63,479 nucleotides of DNA, filler included, from 6 parts of 6 records of this genome joined end to end with filler, not necessarily neighbours in it, one strand, 5' to 3'. Counted from the first letter of the whole stretch, positions 1 through 9,096 are shown. Made by a program: numbers and translations. Notes: generated by a model not told the origin, from the sequence alone.

Positions 1-65
1 GTTTTGTGACTTTTATGGGTGCATTTACAAGAAGCCTGTTAAATGCACCATAAAAAGCACATTTA
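1..65. repeat. Two abutting inverted transposon-end-like sequences (…ACA at 27-29, 7-bp spacer, TGT… at 37-39)
   Basis: Plus strand from 37 reads TGTTAAATGCACCATAAAAAGCAC. Minus strand from 29 reads TGTAAATGCACCCATAAAAGTCAC. Both start with TGT, as TnsB-family ends do, and lie ~130-160 bp downstream of tniQ. Confidence 0.6.
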
Positions 66-123
66 TGCGCGCTATGTGATTGTTTTTATTGCATTCGAGT
101 AGGACTGAAGCTTTGGTAAACAT

Positions 124-162
124 CATCCGATTCACCGGATGAAAGCATCTGATTCACCAAAT
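124..162. repeat. Direct repeat pair, putative internal TnsB-binding sites
   Basis: CATCCGATTCACC (124-136) and CATCTGATTCACC (146-158), 22 bp apart, between the TGT end and the tniQ stop. Confidence 0.45.
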
Positions 163-192
163 TCGGCCCTTCGCAGCTTTCTGGTCGAGCGA

Positions 193-2118
193 TCACCGAT
201 TTGGCCACTCGCGGGCAACGCGTTTTAGCTCCGAGATAGGGAAAGCTTTTTCATCCAGATTGTCGATGAGGCGCAACAGGTCCTTTCGCTGATAAAACCA
301 CGCGCCCATCCAAACAGGATCAGCAATCGGAAGAATTCCCGAATCCGCCATCAGTTTCTTGACCTCGACGTGTGAGATGCCAAGCAGCCTGCCGATAGCC
401 GCTGCCCTAATGTAGCGCTCTTGGAACCTCTGAAGTTCGATGCGTGAAAAACGGAGCTTGCCTTTCCGTTGCCGATACTCAGCTTGATCAACCTCATGCA
501 TCCAGGGGCCACCATGCTCTGGAGAAGCCAGCCGGCGCGGCGTAGAGGGCACAACTCCTAGTATAAGTGCCGCTTCGCTCGCTGAAATCGTATGATCCGG
601 GTCGAGCGTCTCTAATACAGCTTTCACCTCAGATGTATTAAAGCGCAGGTGATCAATTCTATTTATGCCTTTTATGATCTTGGTGTCCTTGAGTTCCCCC
701 TTCAATTGAAATTTCAGGATTTTCTCTGTAGATGACCTTCCGCAAGTTACGCCCCACAGCGAGAGATAACCTTCAACTTCGTCATCAATTTTGCCGCAGC
801 TATTGCATATATTCGCGAGGAATTGCTCCAGTTCCTCCTTCACGTAGCCTCCTGCGCGGATCCCATGCTGTCCCTCTGTTACAGGAATGATCGGACTGAT
901 AAGTCCCGAATGCGCCAATCTTTCAGCCTGCGTTTCGCTGCTTCCGAGAATAATTTGGACCTGCCGCAAGCTTACCGCCTCCTGAGTTCTCGCGATCACC
1001 TTTTCCGCTGCATCTGCCGGGAATGCCCAGCGGTTGAGAGAGGCACCTTTAGCTGTGGCCGGGAGCATGCCGGCTTTGCGCATCAGCATGGAAATCCTGC
1101 TTTTCGATATACCGGTTGCGCTCGCAAGCGAGTTGGCAGAGTGCATCCGCCGGACTGGTAATGTCTCTCCGAGCACGACCTCACCTGCTTCAAGGGCGAA
1201 GTTTTCCACAATGGCGGTCCTGAGGATACCTCGCAGTGGCTCCATGCCGTCGACCATGTTTCGCTTCTTCAGCCACCTGAAGAGATAGCCGTATGCTGCT
1301 TGAGGACCCGCGCGGCCGCTACTGCATCCGGATTCGATGCACAGTCGCTTGAACTCGGTCAGAATGGCGTCGGTTCCTGCCGAGTAAGTCTTGAAGCCGA
1401 CGTCCCCAACCCGCGCCCAATCGGAAGCCCCATACTCCTTGATTGGCGCAGTAGGACCGTCCGCCAAAAGAGATCCGAGCATTTCGGATGCCTTGACAAC
1501 ACCGGAGACAGTCTGAGAGCCTAGCCAATCTTCGCGCTTTTCAGTCGCGGAGAACCGCCTGGAAACGTACTGTTGCAGAAGGCCGGGACTTCTGTCGTCG
1601 GACGTTGCAATGACGCCGGGCTCAATGTCATTTAGCGCGAGCAGCTGCTCGATATCGAAGAGATCAATGCTGTCTTCACGGCGGAACTCAACGAGCTGAT
1701 TTTGGTGCAGCGCACAGCACACAAAGGGTCTCAGCAGCCATTGCCACCGAAACCTTAAAGAGCCCGGGTTCCAGCATGCCTGTGAACGGTCGTCAGCCAG
1801 ACACTCAAGACAGACGTTTACCGACCCACGCCGAACAAAAGGACGGTTAAAGGTTTCCCCGCGCAACGTGAAATTGCCATCAGGTTTTGCGACCAAAGTG
1901 TTATACCGAATATGCTCGGCTTCAACGCCGGACAATGCCGATAGGGCTTGTACGAAATCTTCGGTTCCGTCGCGGATATCCTTTACCCCAATATCCCAGT
2001 AGCCGCGAAATTGCGACAAACTGGCGCCAGTATGAAACTGGCCGGTCCGCGCAAGATAGCCTTGCGCGAGCTCGTCGTCATAAAAGGGAAGTTGCGGTTC
2101 CAACAGGGGGAGCGTCAT
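193..2118 (-). CDS. tniQ: TniQ/TnsD-family target selector with extended C-terminal HTH region (641 aa)
   Basis: N-terminal PFYDDELAQGYLAR motif, zinc-finger CLEC…W…CALH, ATGA overlap with the tnsC stop. Confidence 0.85.
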   Translation of the reverse strand: MTLPLLEPQLPFYDDELAQGYLARTGQFHTGASLSQFRGYWDIGVKDIRDGTEDFVQALSALSGVEAEHIRYNTLVAKPDGNFTLRGETFNRPFVRRGSVNVCLECLADDRSQACWNPGSLRFRWQWLLRPFVCCALHQNQLVEFRREDSIDLFDIEQLLALNDIEPGVIATSDDRSPGLLQQYVSRRFSATEKREDWLGSQTVSGVVKASEMLGSLLADGPTAPIKEYGASDWARVGDVGFKTYSAGTDAILTEFKRLCIESGCSSGRAGPQAAYGYLFRWLKKRNMVDGMEPLRGILRTAIVENFALEAGEVVLGETLPVRRMHSANSLASATGISKSRISMLMRKAGMLPATAKGASLNRWAFPADAAEKVIARTQEAVSLRQVQIILGSSETQAERLAHSGLISPIIPVTEGQHGIRAGGYVKEELEQFLANICNSCGKIDDEVEGYLSLWGVTCGRSSTEKILKFQLKGELKDTKIIKGINRIDHLRFNTSEVKAVLETLDPDHTISASEAALILGVVPSTPRRLASPEHGGPWMHEVDQAEYRQRKGKLRFSRIELQRFQERYIRAAAIGRLLGISHVEVKKLMADSGILPIADPVWMGAWFYQRKDLLRLIDNLDEKAFPISELKRVAREWPNR

Positions 2119-3146
2119 TTCTTGACCCTCCGCTTCCTGCCCGGCGTTTTGGGAGGGCTGCTGCCGTCATCCATGTCTCCGGACAACTGCGTTAAATCTG
2201 AAACGGAACTGGAAGTCACCGAGCTTGGTTGATAGTCGGCCCTGAAAGGGTTTTCTGAGTTGAAATGCAGGAATTGAAGATCGAAGACGGTCTCGAAGTC
2301 GGCAAGTTCCAGCGAGGAAGCCTCTTGTTCGAACGCCTGGATTACCGATGTTGCGATCAGGCGCATGCAACGACCATAGCTACCTCGACATCCGTCATAA
2401 ATCCGATCATGAAAATAGACGTCGCGGGTAATGCTGCGCGCAAGCTTCAGCTTGGCGCTTTCTGCATATTTGCTTACTGCAAGAGCTATCAGGTCAATGG
2501 CCTGTTTCCGCGAAAACGGATCCAGCCGAAAGTCGAGAAGCCGGCCGGCCAGCTCTTCATTTTCTGGCATCTCATAAATGAAGTCCCGCAGTTTTTCCGT
2601 GCCGATGACGATCAGGCATACGCCGCCCCCGTCCTGCAACAGGGTCTTCAGGAACAGATTTACCGGCTCGGACTTGCTTCTTAGAAGGTTGTGGACTTCG
2701 TCCAAAACCACAATTTTAACACCTGCCATTTTAAGACGATGCATTGCCAGATCATTGGCAGCCGCTCGCGTCGATCTCGGGTTAGTACCTTGAAACCCGG
2801 TGGAGCGGCAAATATCCATAGACGCGCTTTTGACAGTCGCATCGGTTCTCAAACGGCAATAGGCAATTTGCTTGCTGCTACTTATGACATCAATCGCTTC
2901 GCCGAAAAGCCGTTCCAGAACCTGCTGCACCAAGAAGGTTTTGCCTTCTCGTCCGGGGGCAGTGACCGCAATGCCCATTGATTCATTTTGAAAGCGCTTC
3001 GGCTCCGGCAAAAGTTTACCGGTTTCGTCCCTTTTTAGAACGAAGCCGAGCCTCTCGTAGAAGCTATTGTCCCAAGGGCTCATCATGTAGCGCTGGAGGA
3101 TCCAGTCAGCGGTTACGGGCGCTTTGCTGGTGTGAAGTTCAGTCAT
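2115..3146 (-). CDS. tnsC: TnsC/TniB AAA+ ATPase (probable start MTELHTSK at 3146)
   Basis: Walker A-like APGREGKT, Walker B IVVLDEVHNL, sensor IVIGT, ELAGR; lies between tnsB and tniQ. Confidence 0.85.
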   Translation of the reverse strand: MTELHTSKAPVTADWILQRYMMSPWDNSFYERLGFVLKRDETGKLLPEPKRFQNESMGIAVTAPGREGKTFLVQQVLERLFGEAIDVISSSKQIAYCRLRTDATVKSASMDICRSTGFQGTNPRSTRAAANDLAMHRLKMAGVKIVVLDEVHNLLRSKSEPVNLFLKTLLQDGGGVCLIVIGTEKLRDFIYEMPENEELAGRLLDFRLDPFSRKQAIDLIALAVSKYAESAKLKLARSITRDVYFHDRIYDGCRGSYGRCMRLIATSVIQAFEQEASSLELADFETVFDLQFLHFNSENPFRADYQPSSVTSSSVSDLTQLSGDMDDGSSPPKTPGRKRRVKK

Positions 3147-3150
3147 TGTT

Positions 3151-5427
3151 TTACTCCATTGTTCCAGATTGCCAGTTGGGCTTGGTGCGCCTTCCTGGTT
3201 GTTTCCGCGTCGGTTTCCGTTGCGGCTGATCATCCTCAGGCTCCACCGCACTTTCTTGTGTCACGGGACGAACGGGTGCCCCATAAAGGCCATGTGACTG
3301 ATCGCTGCTGATCTCGGTGCTGGGAGTGACGTAGTACCTGAGGGTCTCCTCTTCCCAGCGGGCGACCTCCTCGGCGGTCAGGGCTTTGCGCGCCACTTTT
3401 CGACTGGTGGCGATCTTCTCCTCAAGCATCGTATCGATCCTGCTTTGGGCCCTTTGACGGACCTCGTCGTCCGCAGGATTTCTCTTCAGGTATTCATGAC
3501 GGCGCAGAAGGTCCCATTCGTAGACAGAGATCCCGCGCGCGCGCCGGTCCATAACTTCGAGCGGCATCCACTCATTCGGCCGAATTTCGACCTGTATCTG
3601 GCTGATATCTTCTTCCCACCAGCGGACCCTGAAATCGCGATTGGGCTTCCGCAGGTACTCCTTCATGAAATCCTTCGAGGAATAGTCTGCATGCATGACC
3701 CGGATGCCGGTTTGCCGAGCTTTCCGCTTTAGTGTCGTGCCGAAAACATGAGTCATGGTTTTCAGGTCGGGGACAGGGCGGCATCCCATCCCGAGAGCCA
3801 TTTCATGCCGCCACAAATCGTTCGGCGTTAACCCGTCGCGACCAAAGCCGCTGCTGTTATGGTAGATGTCGACTACCCAAATTGTGATTACCTGGATCAG
3901 GTCATCCAGGGTCAGAATAGCCTCAGCTTCGGCATCGTAATCGCCGCGCTTGACCGTGTCGGAGAAAGCCTTGCCAGGAATTTTGGCGAGCAGCGTTTCG
4001 TGCAGAGTGCGGAATACTCGCTCCATCAAACCGCGAATAAAGGCCTTTGCTTTGGGCGCGGTCATGTTTTCGATACGCAATGACGCGCATAACATGTCGG
4101 TGCTACACGCTACGTAGGCACTCCCGGCATCGTGCAGGATCTTTTCTGGACGAAGCAGGTGATCCCAAGCACCTTCGGCCCCGCAGGCAGAGGCAATCTT
4201 CGTCTTGTCCATCAACGACATCATGATGGTGCGTTTGGCGAGATCGGGATCCGCCGTGGCGCGGATCTGTAGCCCCAGAATGCAGCCCGTATAGGCATCA
4301 AGCATTATAGACACGACCACGCGCAGGGGTTTGCTGCCGTCAATGCCGAGTTCCGCGACTTTTTGCTCGCCTAACCAATATATGAGGAATGCAAATGGAA
4401 TAATCGCGAAGACATCCGCCGTGTATTCATCGATCATGGTGATCTGGCCGGCGCGTTCGACCTGCATGCCTAGACCAACTGAAAGACAATTGCTTAGCAG
4501 CCAGTCTGGGCCACGACCTCGAAGCATTGCCTCCAGCGGGGCCAGTGATGCAACCCATTTACTGACAGTGCCGACCGATGGGGGACGTACATTCTGCAAT
4601 GCCTCCCACTCTGCCTCGGAAATATCCTCTCCATCGGCATCACGCCGAGATAGAGCCTCTTCCTGATCTTGCCTTTCTTGCTTGACGGCGTCTGATATGC
4701 CGCTGTGAACCGCCGCAATGGGAATTTGCTCAAGCGTAACCAACTCATCAATCTTCTGCCTGACGATGCGGGCGACATCAGGATGAAGCTTGCACTGTCT
4801 GTTTCCCGACAAATAACGATTGTCAGCAAGGCCGGAAAAGCCCTGGTCACGAAGCTTCTTGTCCCATTCAAGCAATGTCTGGGCGGTTGTCGAGTATTGC
4901 GGTGTCTTTCGGCGGCGAAACGGATGGCGCCTGCGGCCGTCGACCTTGGCGTTAAGCTCATCGATACGATGCGGCAACCGCGTCAGGATATCCGCTTCGA
5001 TCTTGCGAATTTCGCGCCTAGTCTTCGTGATTATGCCCTTTTCATCGCAGATTTCGCGCATGAGCATCACGCTGGCATACCGCAAGATTAAATCTTGCGC
5101 CGGCCGTTCCGCCAGCGACGCCACAAGCTCAGGCTTGAAACTCTGAGAATGGTCGATAAAGACATGGTCGTCCTCATCGATCTCCAGGCTCCCATCGAGG
5201 AGCCCGCCATACAGTTCGGAATGCGGCAGGATTTTTCTGCCGACAAATTCGATATCAGGACGCGTTCCGCGTAACGTTTCCGGGACGTTCTGCGCTTCGG
5301 GGTCAGGGAGAAATTCAACCAGGTGGCCGTTGTTTGCAGCATGGAGAAATTTGATCTTCCTGTGCCCGAACCGTCCGACCGTGCCGAACTCAAAGCGAAA
5401 GACGGTTCCGTTCTGCGGGTCACTCAT
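3151..5427 (-). CDS. tnsB: TnsB/Mu-family DDE transposase (probable start MSDPQN, overlapping the tnsA stop)
   Basis: DDE motifs MIDEYTAD, ILHDAGSAY, GLMERVFRT; DIYHN; C-terminal Mu-type beta region; AGGAGG RBS. Confidence 0.9.
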   Translation of the reverse strand: MSDPQNGTVFRFEFGTVGRFGHRKIKFLHAANNGHLVEFLPDPEAQNVPETLRGTRPDIEFVGRKILPHSELYGGLLDGSLEIDEDDHVFIDHSQSFKPELVASLAERPAQDLILRYASVMLMREICDEKGIITKTRREIRKIEADILTRLPHRIDELNAKVDGRRRHPFRRRKTPQYSTTAQTLLEWDKKLRDQGFSGLADNRYLSGNRQCKLHPDVARIVRQKIDELVTLEQIPIAAVHSGISDAVKQERQDQEEALSRRDADGEDISEAEWEALQNVRPPSVGTVSKWVASLAPLEAMLRGRGPDWLLSNCLSVGLGMQVERAGQITMIDEYTADVFAIIPFAFLIYWLGEQKVAELGIDGSKPLRVVVSIMLDAYTGCILGLQIRATADPDLAKRTIMMSLMDKTKIASACGAEGAWDHLLRPEKILHDAGSAYVACSTDMLCASLRIENMTAPKAKAFIRGLMERVFRTLHETLLAKIPGKAFSDTVKRGDYDAEAEAILTLDDLIQVITIWVVDIYHNSSGFGRDGLTPNDLWRHEMALGMGCRPVPDLKTMTHVFGTTLKRKARQTGIRVMHADYSSKDFMKEYLRKPNRDFRVRWWEEDISQIQVEIRPNEWMPLEVMDRRARGISVYEWDLLRRHEYLKRNPADDEVRQRAQSRIDTMLEEKIATSRKVARKALTAEEVARWEEETLRYYVTPSTEISSDQSHGLYGAPVRPVTQESAVEPEDDQPQRKPTRKQPGRRTKPNWQSGTME

Positions 5428-6106
5428 CTCCGACACCTCCTGTCACTACAAAGGTATCGAGCGTGATCTTTTCCTTCTTGATTTGCTTGAGTTGCCCCGA
5501 GTGAAGGCGCCGAACCAACGCTCGAAACCCACGTGGGCCCCGGTCAATCTCAAGGACCAGGTCACGCATAGTACGGGGCGCCGTCATATTCAGGATGACG
5601 TCTAGGGCAATTTCGTCGACCTCAGGCTCATCATCGCGGCAGCCGCGCATGAGATCTGCATTGTGAAGGTCGATCGGATCACGAGCATATTCGGTGACGA
5701 GATAGAGTTCATCGATGATGCCCCGTCGCTTGGCCTCGGCACAAACCTGGGAAATCTCGCATTCGAAATCCGGATGCACCCGGCGGTAAGGCTTGTCCGT
5801 AAATCCCAGGCGCCGCCCGTTTCTCTTGATCGCGACATGATCGAGGAAATGGGAATGCGTCTTCCCTTTCCTGTCTTGCCAGGCGATCGGGCCAACCTGC
5901 TCGAGCACATCAACCGTATCAGGGTCTGCGAGCATGAGCAGTCGTGTGCGATATTCACCCAGACTGCCGCAGCGGGTAATCCGCCCCGGATTCGCATCGC
6001 TGTCATTGATAACCAGTCCAACCACGAAATGTCCGTGAGATGCGGAGGGGATCGGTTTGCATGCGCGTGATGGTCGCGGTTCATTCCATTCGTATGTCGT
6101 TGTCAT
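5420..6106 (-). CDS. tnsA: TnsA-like endonuclease-fold protein
   Basis: S(LG)E…DPD…VLEQ…HFLD…KP layout plus C-terminal winged helix; first gene of the operon. Confidence 0.75.
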   Translation of the reverse strand: MTTTYEWNEPRPSRACKPIPSASHGHFVVGLVINDSDANPGRITRCGSLGEYRTRLLMLADPDTVDVLEQVGPIAWQDRKGKTHSHFLDHVAIKRNGRRLGFTDKPYRRVHPDFECEISQVCAEAKRRGIIDELYLVTEYARDPIDLHNADLMRGCRDDEPEVDEIALDVILNMTAPRTMRDLVLEIDRGPRGFRALVRRLHSGQLKQIKKEKITLDTFVVTGGVGDE

Positions 6107-6156
6107 TTTTCAAGCCAAAGCTTCCCTGCTCGAAGGCGCACTTCGAGTAATAAACG

Positions 6157-6260
6157 TTGACCGGTGGGCGGAAATCGACTAGAAAGATATCGGAAACAAT
6201 TGGTCGGCCCAGCCGGCTATTTAGATCGGGCCCGGATATTTGCCGTATCCGGGCTTTTTC
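6157..6260 (+). ncRNA. Candidate ~70-nt counter-transcribed sRNA with promoter and intrinsic terminator, opposite the tnsA leader
   Basis: TTGACC-17bp-TAGAAA (6157-6185); hairpin GGTCGGC/GCCGGCT; 9-bp stem GCCCGGATA/TATCCGGGC (6230-6254) followed by a T-tract. Confidence 0.4.
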
Positions 6261-6789
6261 TATTCTCCCTACATGGCAGCCCCCATTTCCCAAGGGTAAA
6301 TACCCTCGTTCATTGCGGAACGAGCGCCCCAAAGGTCTCGGAAAACACTGCCAATGCGCACGACTGCCTGCGAGAGGCAGATGTACGGAACACGGCTGGT
6401 CAATCGTCTATTAGGATAGTTTCGGGACATCGTTACCTATAAAGCTAGCACGACCGCCAAGTTGTCTTGACAGTCTGGAACTCTCGCGTTCTGATTGCAC
6501 GTATCTAGCGAAAGTTGTGGTGGCTTTTCAGGTGGTGCCCAATAACATGATGATGGTGTCCCCCACTAGGACCAACAATGAAACGTCCTAGCTTCGTGGA
6601 GCCGTGCAAGCTCCGTGACGGCAGTGATCTTACTAAGTGATTGATTTCGAGTCGAATCATTTTTGAATCTTTCGTGTTAGTTGCGACCTGAGTTGAGTTT
6701 TCGTGGCCGGCCGGCCGGCAGCAAGTCGCAGGAATGTCCCTGAAAACCTAACCGATTTCGATTTCAGACGGCATTTTGCGATCGCGCCG

Positions 6790-7863
6790 TCAATGCAGCA
6801 TCGGTCGGTTTTCCAGCCTATCCGCTCGCTCAAGCATTCGGATGACTGACCTGAGGCTCAGCGCCGGTTTTCTGTCGGCATTCTTCTCGATGACTTCGGT
6901 GATGATCTGGATCGAATTCTCCGACAATCCACGGCGCCGCCCTTCCTGTCTGGCGAAGGCGGTGAGAGCCGGTGTGCTGAGCTCAGTCAGGTTGATGGTG
7001 ACGAGCCGGCTTAACAGCGGCTCCGACACCCCGTCGAGGCTGTTTGCCGTCAGGATCCAGCCAACCCAGCGCATGTCGAAACGGAGTTGATAGAAGGGGC
7101 ACTCCCATCGTCGCGATGTCTCCGGCTCCAACAAGGGCAGCAGACTGTCGGCAAGGCTGTGCCGCTCTCCCCGGGTGGATATGACCGCGGTTGCTTTCTC
7201 GATCTCATCAAGGGCTACGATTGGGTTGGCGACCAGGTGGCTTATGACTGTCTCGAGCGGCTTGCCGGCATGAGCCGAACTCCACCCACGTTGCACGCCG
7301 CCGACTGAAAACGAAGACTGCTCCACGGTGGCATCGATCGTGCGCAGCGGCACATCGAGTGCCGTACTGACCCTGCGCGCCCAGGTGCTTTTGCCAATTC
7401 CAGGTGGACCGACCAGCAACATCGGGGGAAGCCGGAAACCGGGATCATCCCGGCGGACCTGAGCTCGCATTGCATGCCAAACGTGCTCTGTAGCAGGGGC
7501 CATCCACGGCATTTCCGTATGCAGTGCGGATGCTATCTCGTCCGCCCGTGCTTCGGTTTCGATTCGGTGTAATGCAACACCGTCCGAAAGCATCTCGATC
7601 TGCTGACGCTCGTCGGTCTTGAGATGCGAAAATCCGGAAGCTCTGTGGCGGTTCTGTTCAATTCTGTTGACCCGGCGCCTGATGCGCGCATGATCCTCAC
7701 GGGTGACAGTGTCAGTGGCTCTCTGCCAGTCCTCCTTTTCCCGTTCTTCCGGCGAGAGCTTTGCCTCCCGAAGCTTTCGAAGGTGCTCTTCGAAACGGCG
7801 TGTGACCTCGATGGCATTGAGGGGCTCGAAGAACCGGGCTTCGACAAAGGGTATGCGGGTCAT
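6790..7863 (-). CDS. Stand-alone Lon-type AAA+ ATPase (no Lon N-domain or protease domain)
   Basis: LLVGPPGIGKS Walker A; NPIVALDEIEK Walker B; LLPLLEP; TANS…PLLSRL. Confidence 0.85.
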   Translation of the reverse strand: MTRIPFVEARFFEPLNAIEVTRRFEEHLRKLREAKLSPEEREKEDWQRATDTVTREDHARIRRRVNRIEQNRHRASGFSHLKTDERQQIEMLSDGVALHRIETEARADEIASALHTEMPWMAPATEHVWHAMRAQVRRDDPGFRLPPMLLVGPPGIGKSTWARRVSTALDVPLRTIDATVEQSSFSVGGVQRGWSSAHAGKPLETVISHLVANPIVALDEIEKATAVISTRGERHSLADSLLPLLEPETSRRWECPFYQLRFDMRWVGWILTANSLDGVSEPLLSRLVTINLTELSTPALTAFARQEGRRRGLSENSIQIITEVIEKNADRKPALSLRSVIRMLERADRLENRPMLH

Positions 7864-8440
7864 GGGTACTCAAGCTGACGATGATAGGCGGGACGAATAC
7901 TGAGGAACAGTGATGCGGAGGGTGGATATTCGGGGCCAGGATGTGGCCGCTTTCAAACAGGAGGCCGGATAGCACCAATATCGATCGCTTTGAAAGTCCT
8001 GATTTGTCCACATAAATAATTGAATACATTGAATTAATGTGAAAAATTAAACTCCATCTTGTTGGCAGGCAAAGACCCGGGTGGTGTGTATGTGAAACAG
8101 CTGTGCGAATATCCGAAACGAGTTCGGAATTTCTCATCGCATGGTCAGACGCATACCCTGAAAGAGCGGCCATCTGAGGTTTTCGCATTTCGTCTGATTG
8201 GCCGGCTGGTTGGACGAGGCAGCCGTCGCCATACTGAGAAGTAATGTGAAAATCAGAATGCCATTCGCATCTTCAGCAGCCGTTTGAGACCCACGGCAGA
8301 GGTCGCTCAAACCAGGTTCCGTGAACCGTGGTTAACGGGACGTTGACCGGCATTGGTTTCGATGTGACATGCAGTTGAAATGATCTGCCTGCCTATCCAC
8401 TCCACTCGATCTCGCTTCTCGCTTTGCAAATGTGAACATC

Positions 8441-8480
8441 ATGCCCGTTCTGATCACCGCCGACCTGCATCTCGACCAAT
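8441..8480 (+). CDS. Metallophosphoesterase, N-terminal fragment truncated by the contig end
   Basis: MPVLITADLHLDQ matches the calcineurin-like first motif (hhh-D-x-H); only 13 codons are visible. Confidence 0.6.
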
Positions 8481-8580
8481 NNNNNNNNNNNNNNNNNNNN
8501 NNNNNNNNNNNNNNNNNNNNNNNNTTAATTAATTAANNNNNNNNNNNNNNNNNNNNNNNNNNNNNNNNNNNNNNNNNNNN
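8481..8580. other. Artificial contig linker (N44-TTAATTAATTAA-N44); same linker at 15225-15324, 29197-29296, 43445-43544 and 56238-56337
   Basis: N runs around an all-frame stop sequence; composition changes and genes are truncated at each junction. Confidence 0.98.
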
Positions 8581-8724
8581 GTCAAAGTAGGTCATCGCCA
8601 AAGCACTCGCCAGGTTGTTAAAAACAAAGCGTAATACAGAGTCCAGCGTTTCGATGAATAGCTTGGATAAAAGGCGGGATCGAGAGAATTAGCGGGGCAC
8701 AGACGGATAAATCGCTAATTTTAC

Positions 8725-9096
8725 CTAGCGACGCTGTAGGTTAATTTCGCGGACTTTAATTTCACTACTTGTAGAGAGTTCACGAAGAATATCAATAGAG
8801 TGCTGGGCAGCACTGATCTCCTCTGCACTCAATGAGTTGTTACTTTCTCGTTCTTTGATTACCTGCTCTATAGCGCGTGCCGCTTGACTGACTTCATCTA
8901 TTCCCAGTACCCCAGATGTTCCGGCAATCGTATGGGCTTGGCGATAGATATCTTGTAATGTCTCTTCCTTAGGTTGAGCCAAGTTACTCGTCCAGGCCTC
9001 AACCAATTGCGTTACCCGCCCGGGTAGTTTTTTAATGTAGTCGCGTTGTAGTTGCCGCAACTCTTCATTTATATCTTGGTGTGATGGGTTAGGCAC
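8725..9096 (-). CDS. Hpt (histidine phosphotransfer) domain protein
   Basis: AHTIAGTSGVLG Hpt motif; overlaps the receiver gene. Confidence 0.9.
   Translation of the reverse strand: MPNPSHQDINEELRQLQRDYIKKLPGRVTQLVEAWTSNLAQPKEETLQDIYRQAHTIAGTSGVLGIDEVSQAARAIEQVIKERESNNSLSAEEISAAQHSIDILRELSTSSEIKVREINLQRR

Larger units (their letters stand above)
37..8480 (-). mobile_element. Tn7-like transposon (tnsABC + tniQ); other end not seen, probably beyond the contig edge
   Basis: Coupled operon of TnsA-like, DDE TnsB, AAA+ TnsC and TniQ genes, with a TGT terminus downstream. Including the 6790-8480 genes is an inference. Confidence 0.75.

Noticed and set aside
6554-6591. TGGTGTCCCCCACTAGGAC resembling a minus-strand tRNA 3' end or att remnant
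   Set aside because: There is no TTCRA T-loop, the acceptor length is off by one, and no D or anticodon arm is present. Only a plain CTAGGAC/GTCCTAG hairpin is supportable.
1-8480. CRISPR-associated transposon (CAST)
   Set aside because: No cas genes and no repeat-spacer array are visible. The element's far side is missing, so this cannot be excluded beyond the contig.
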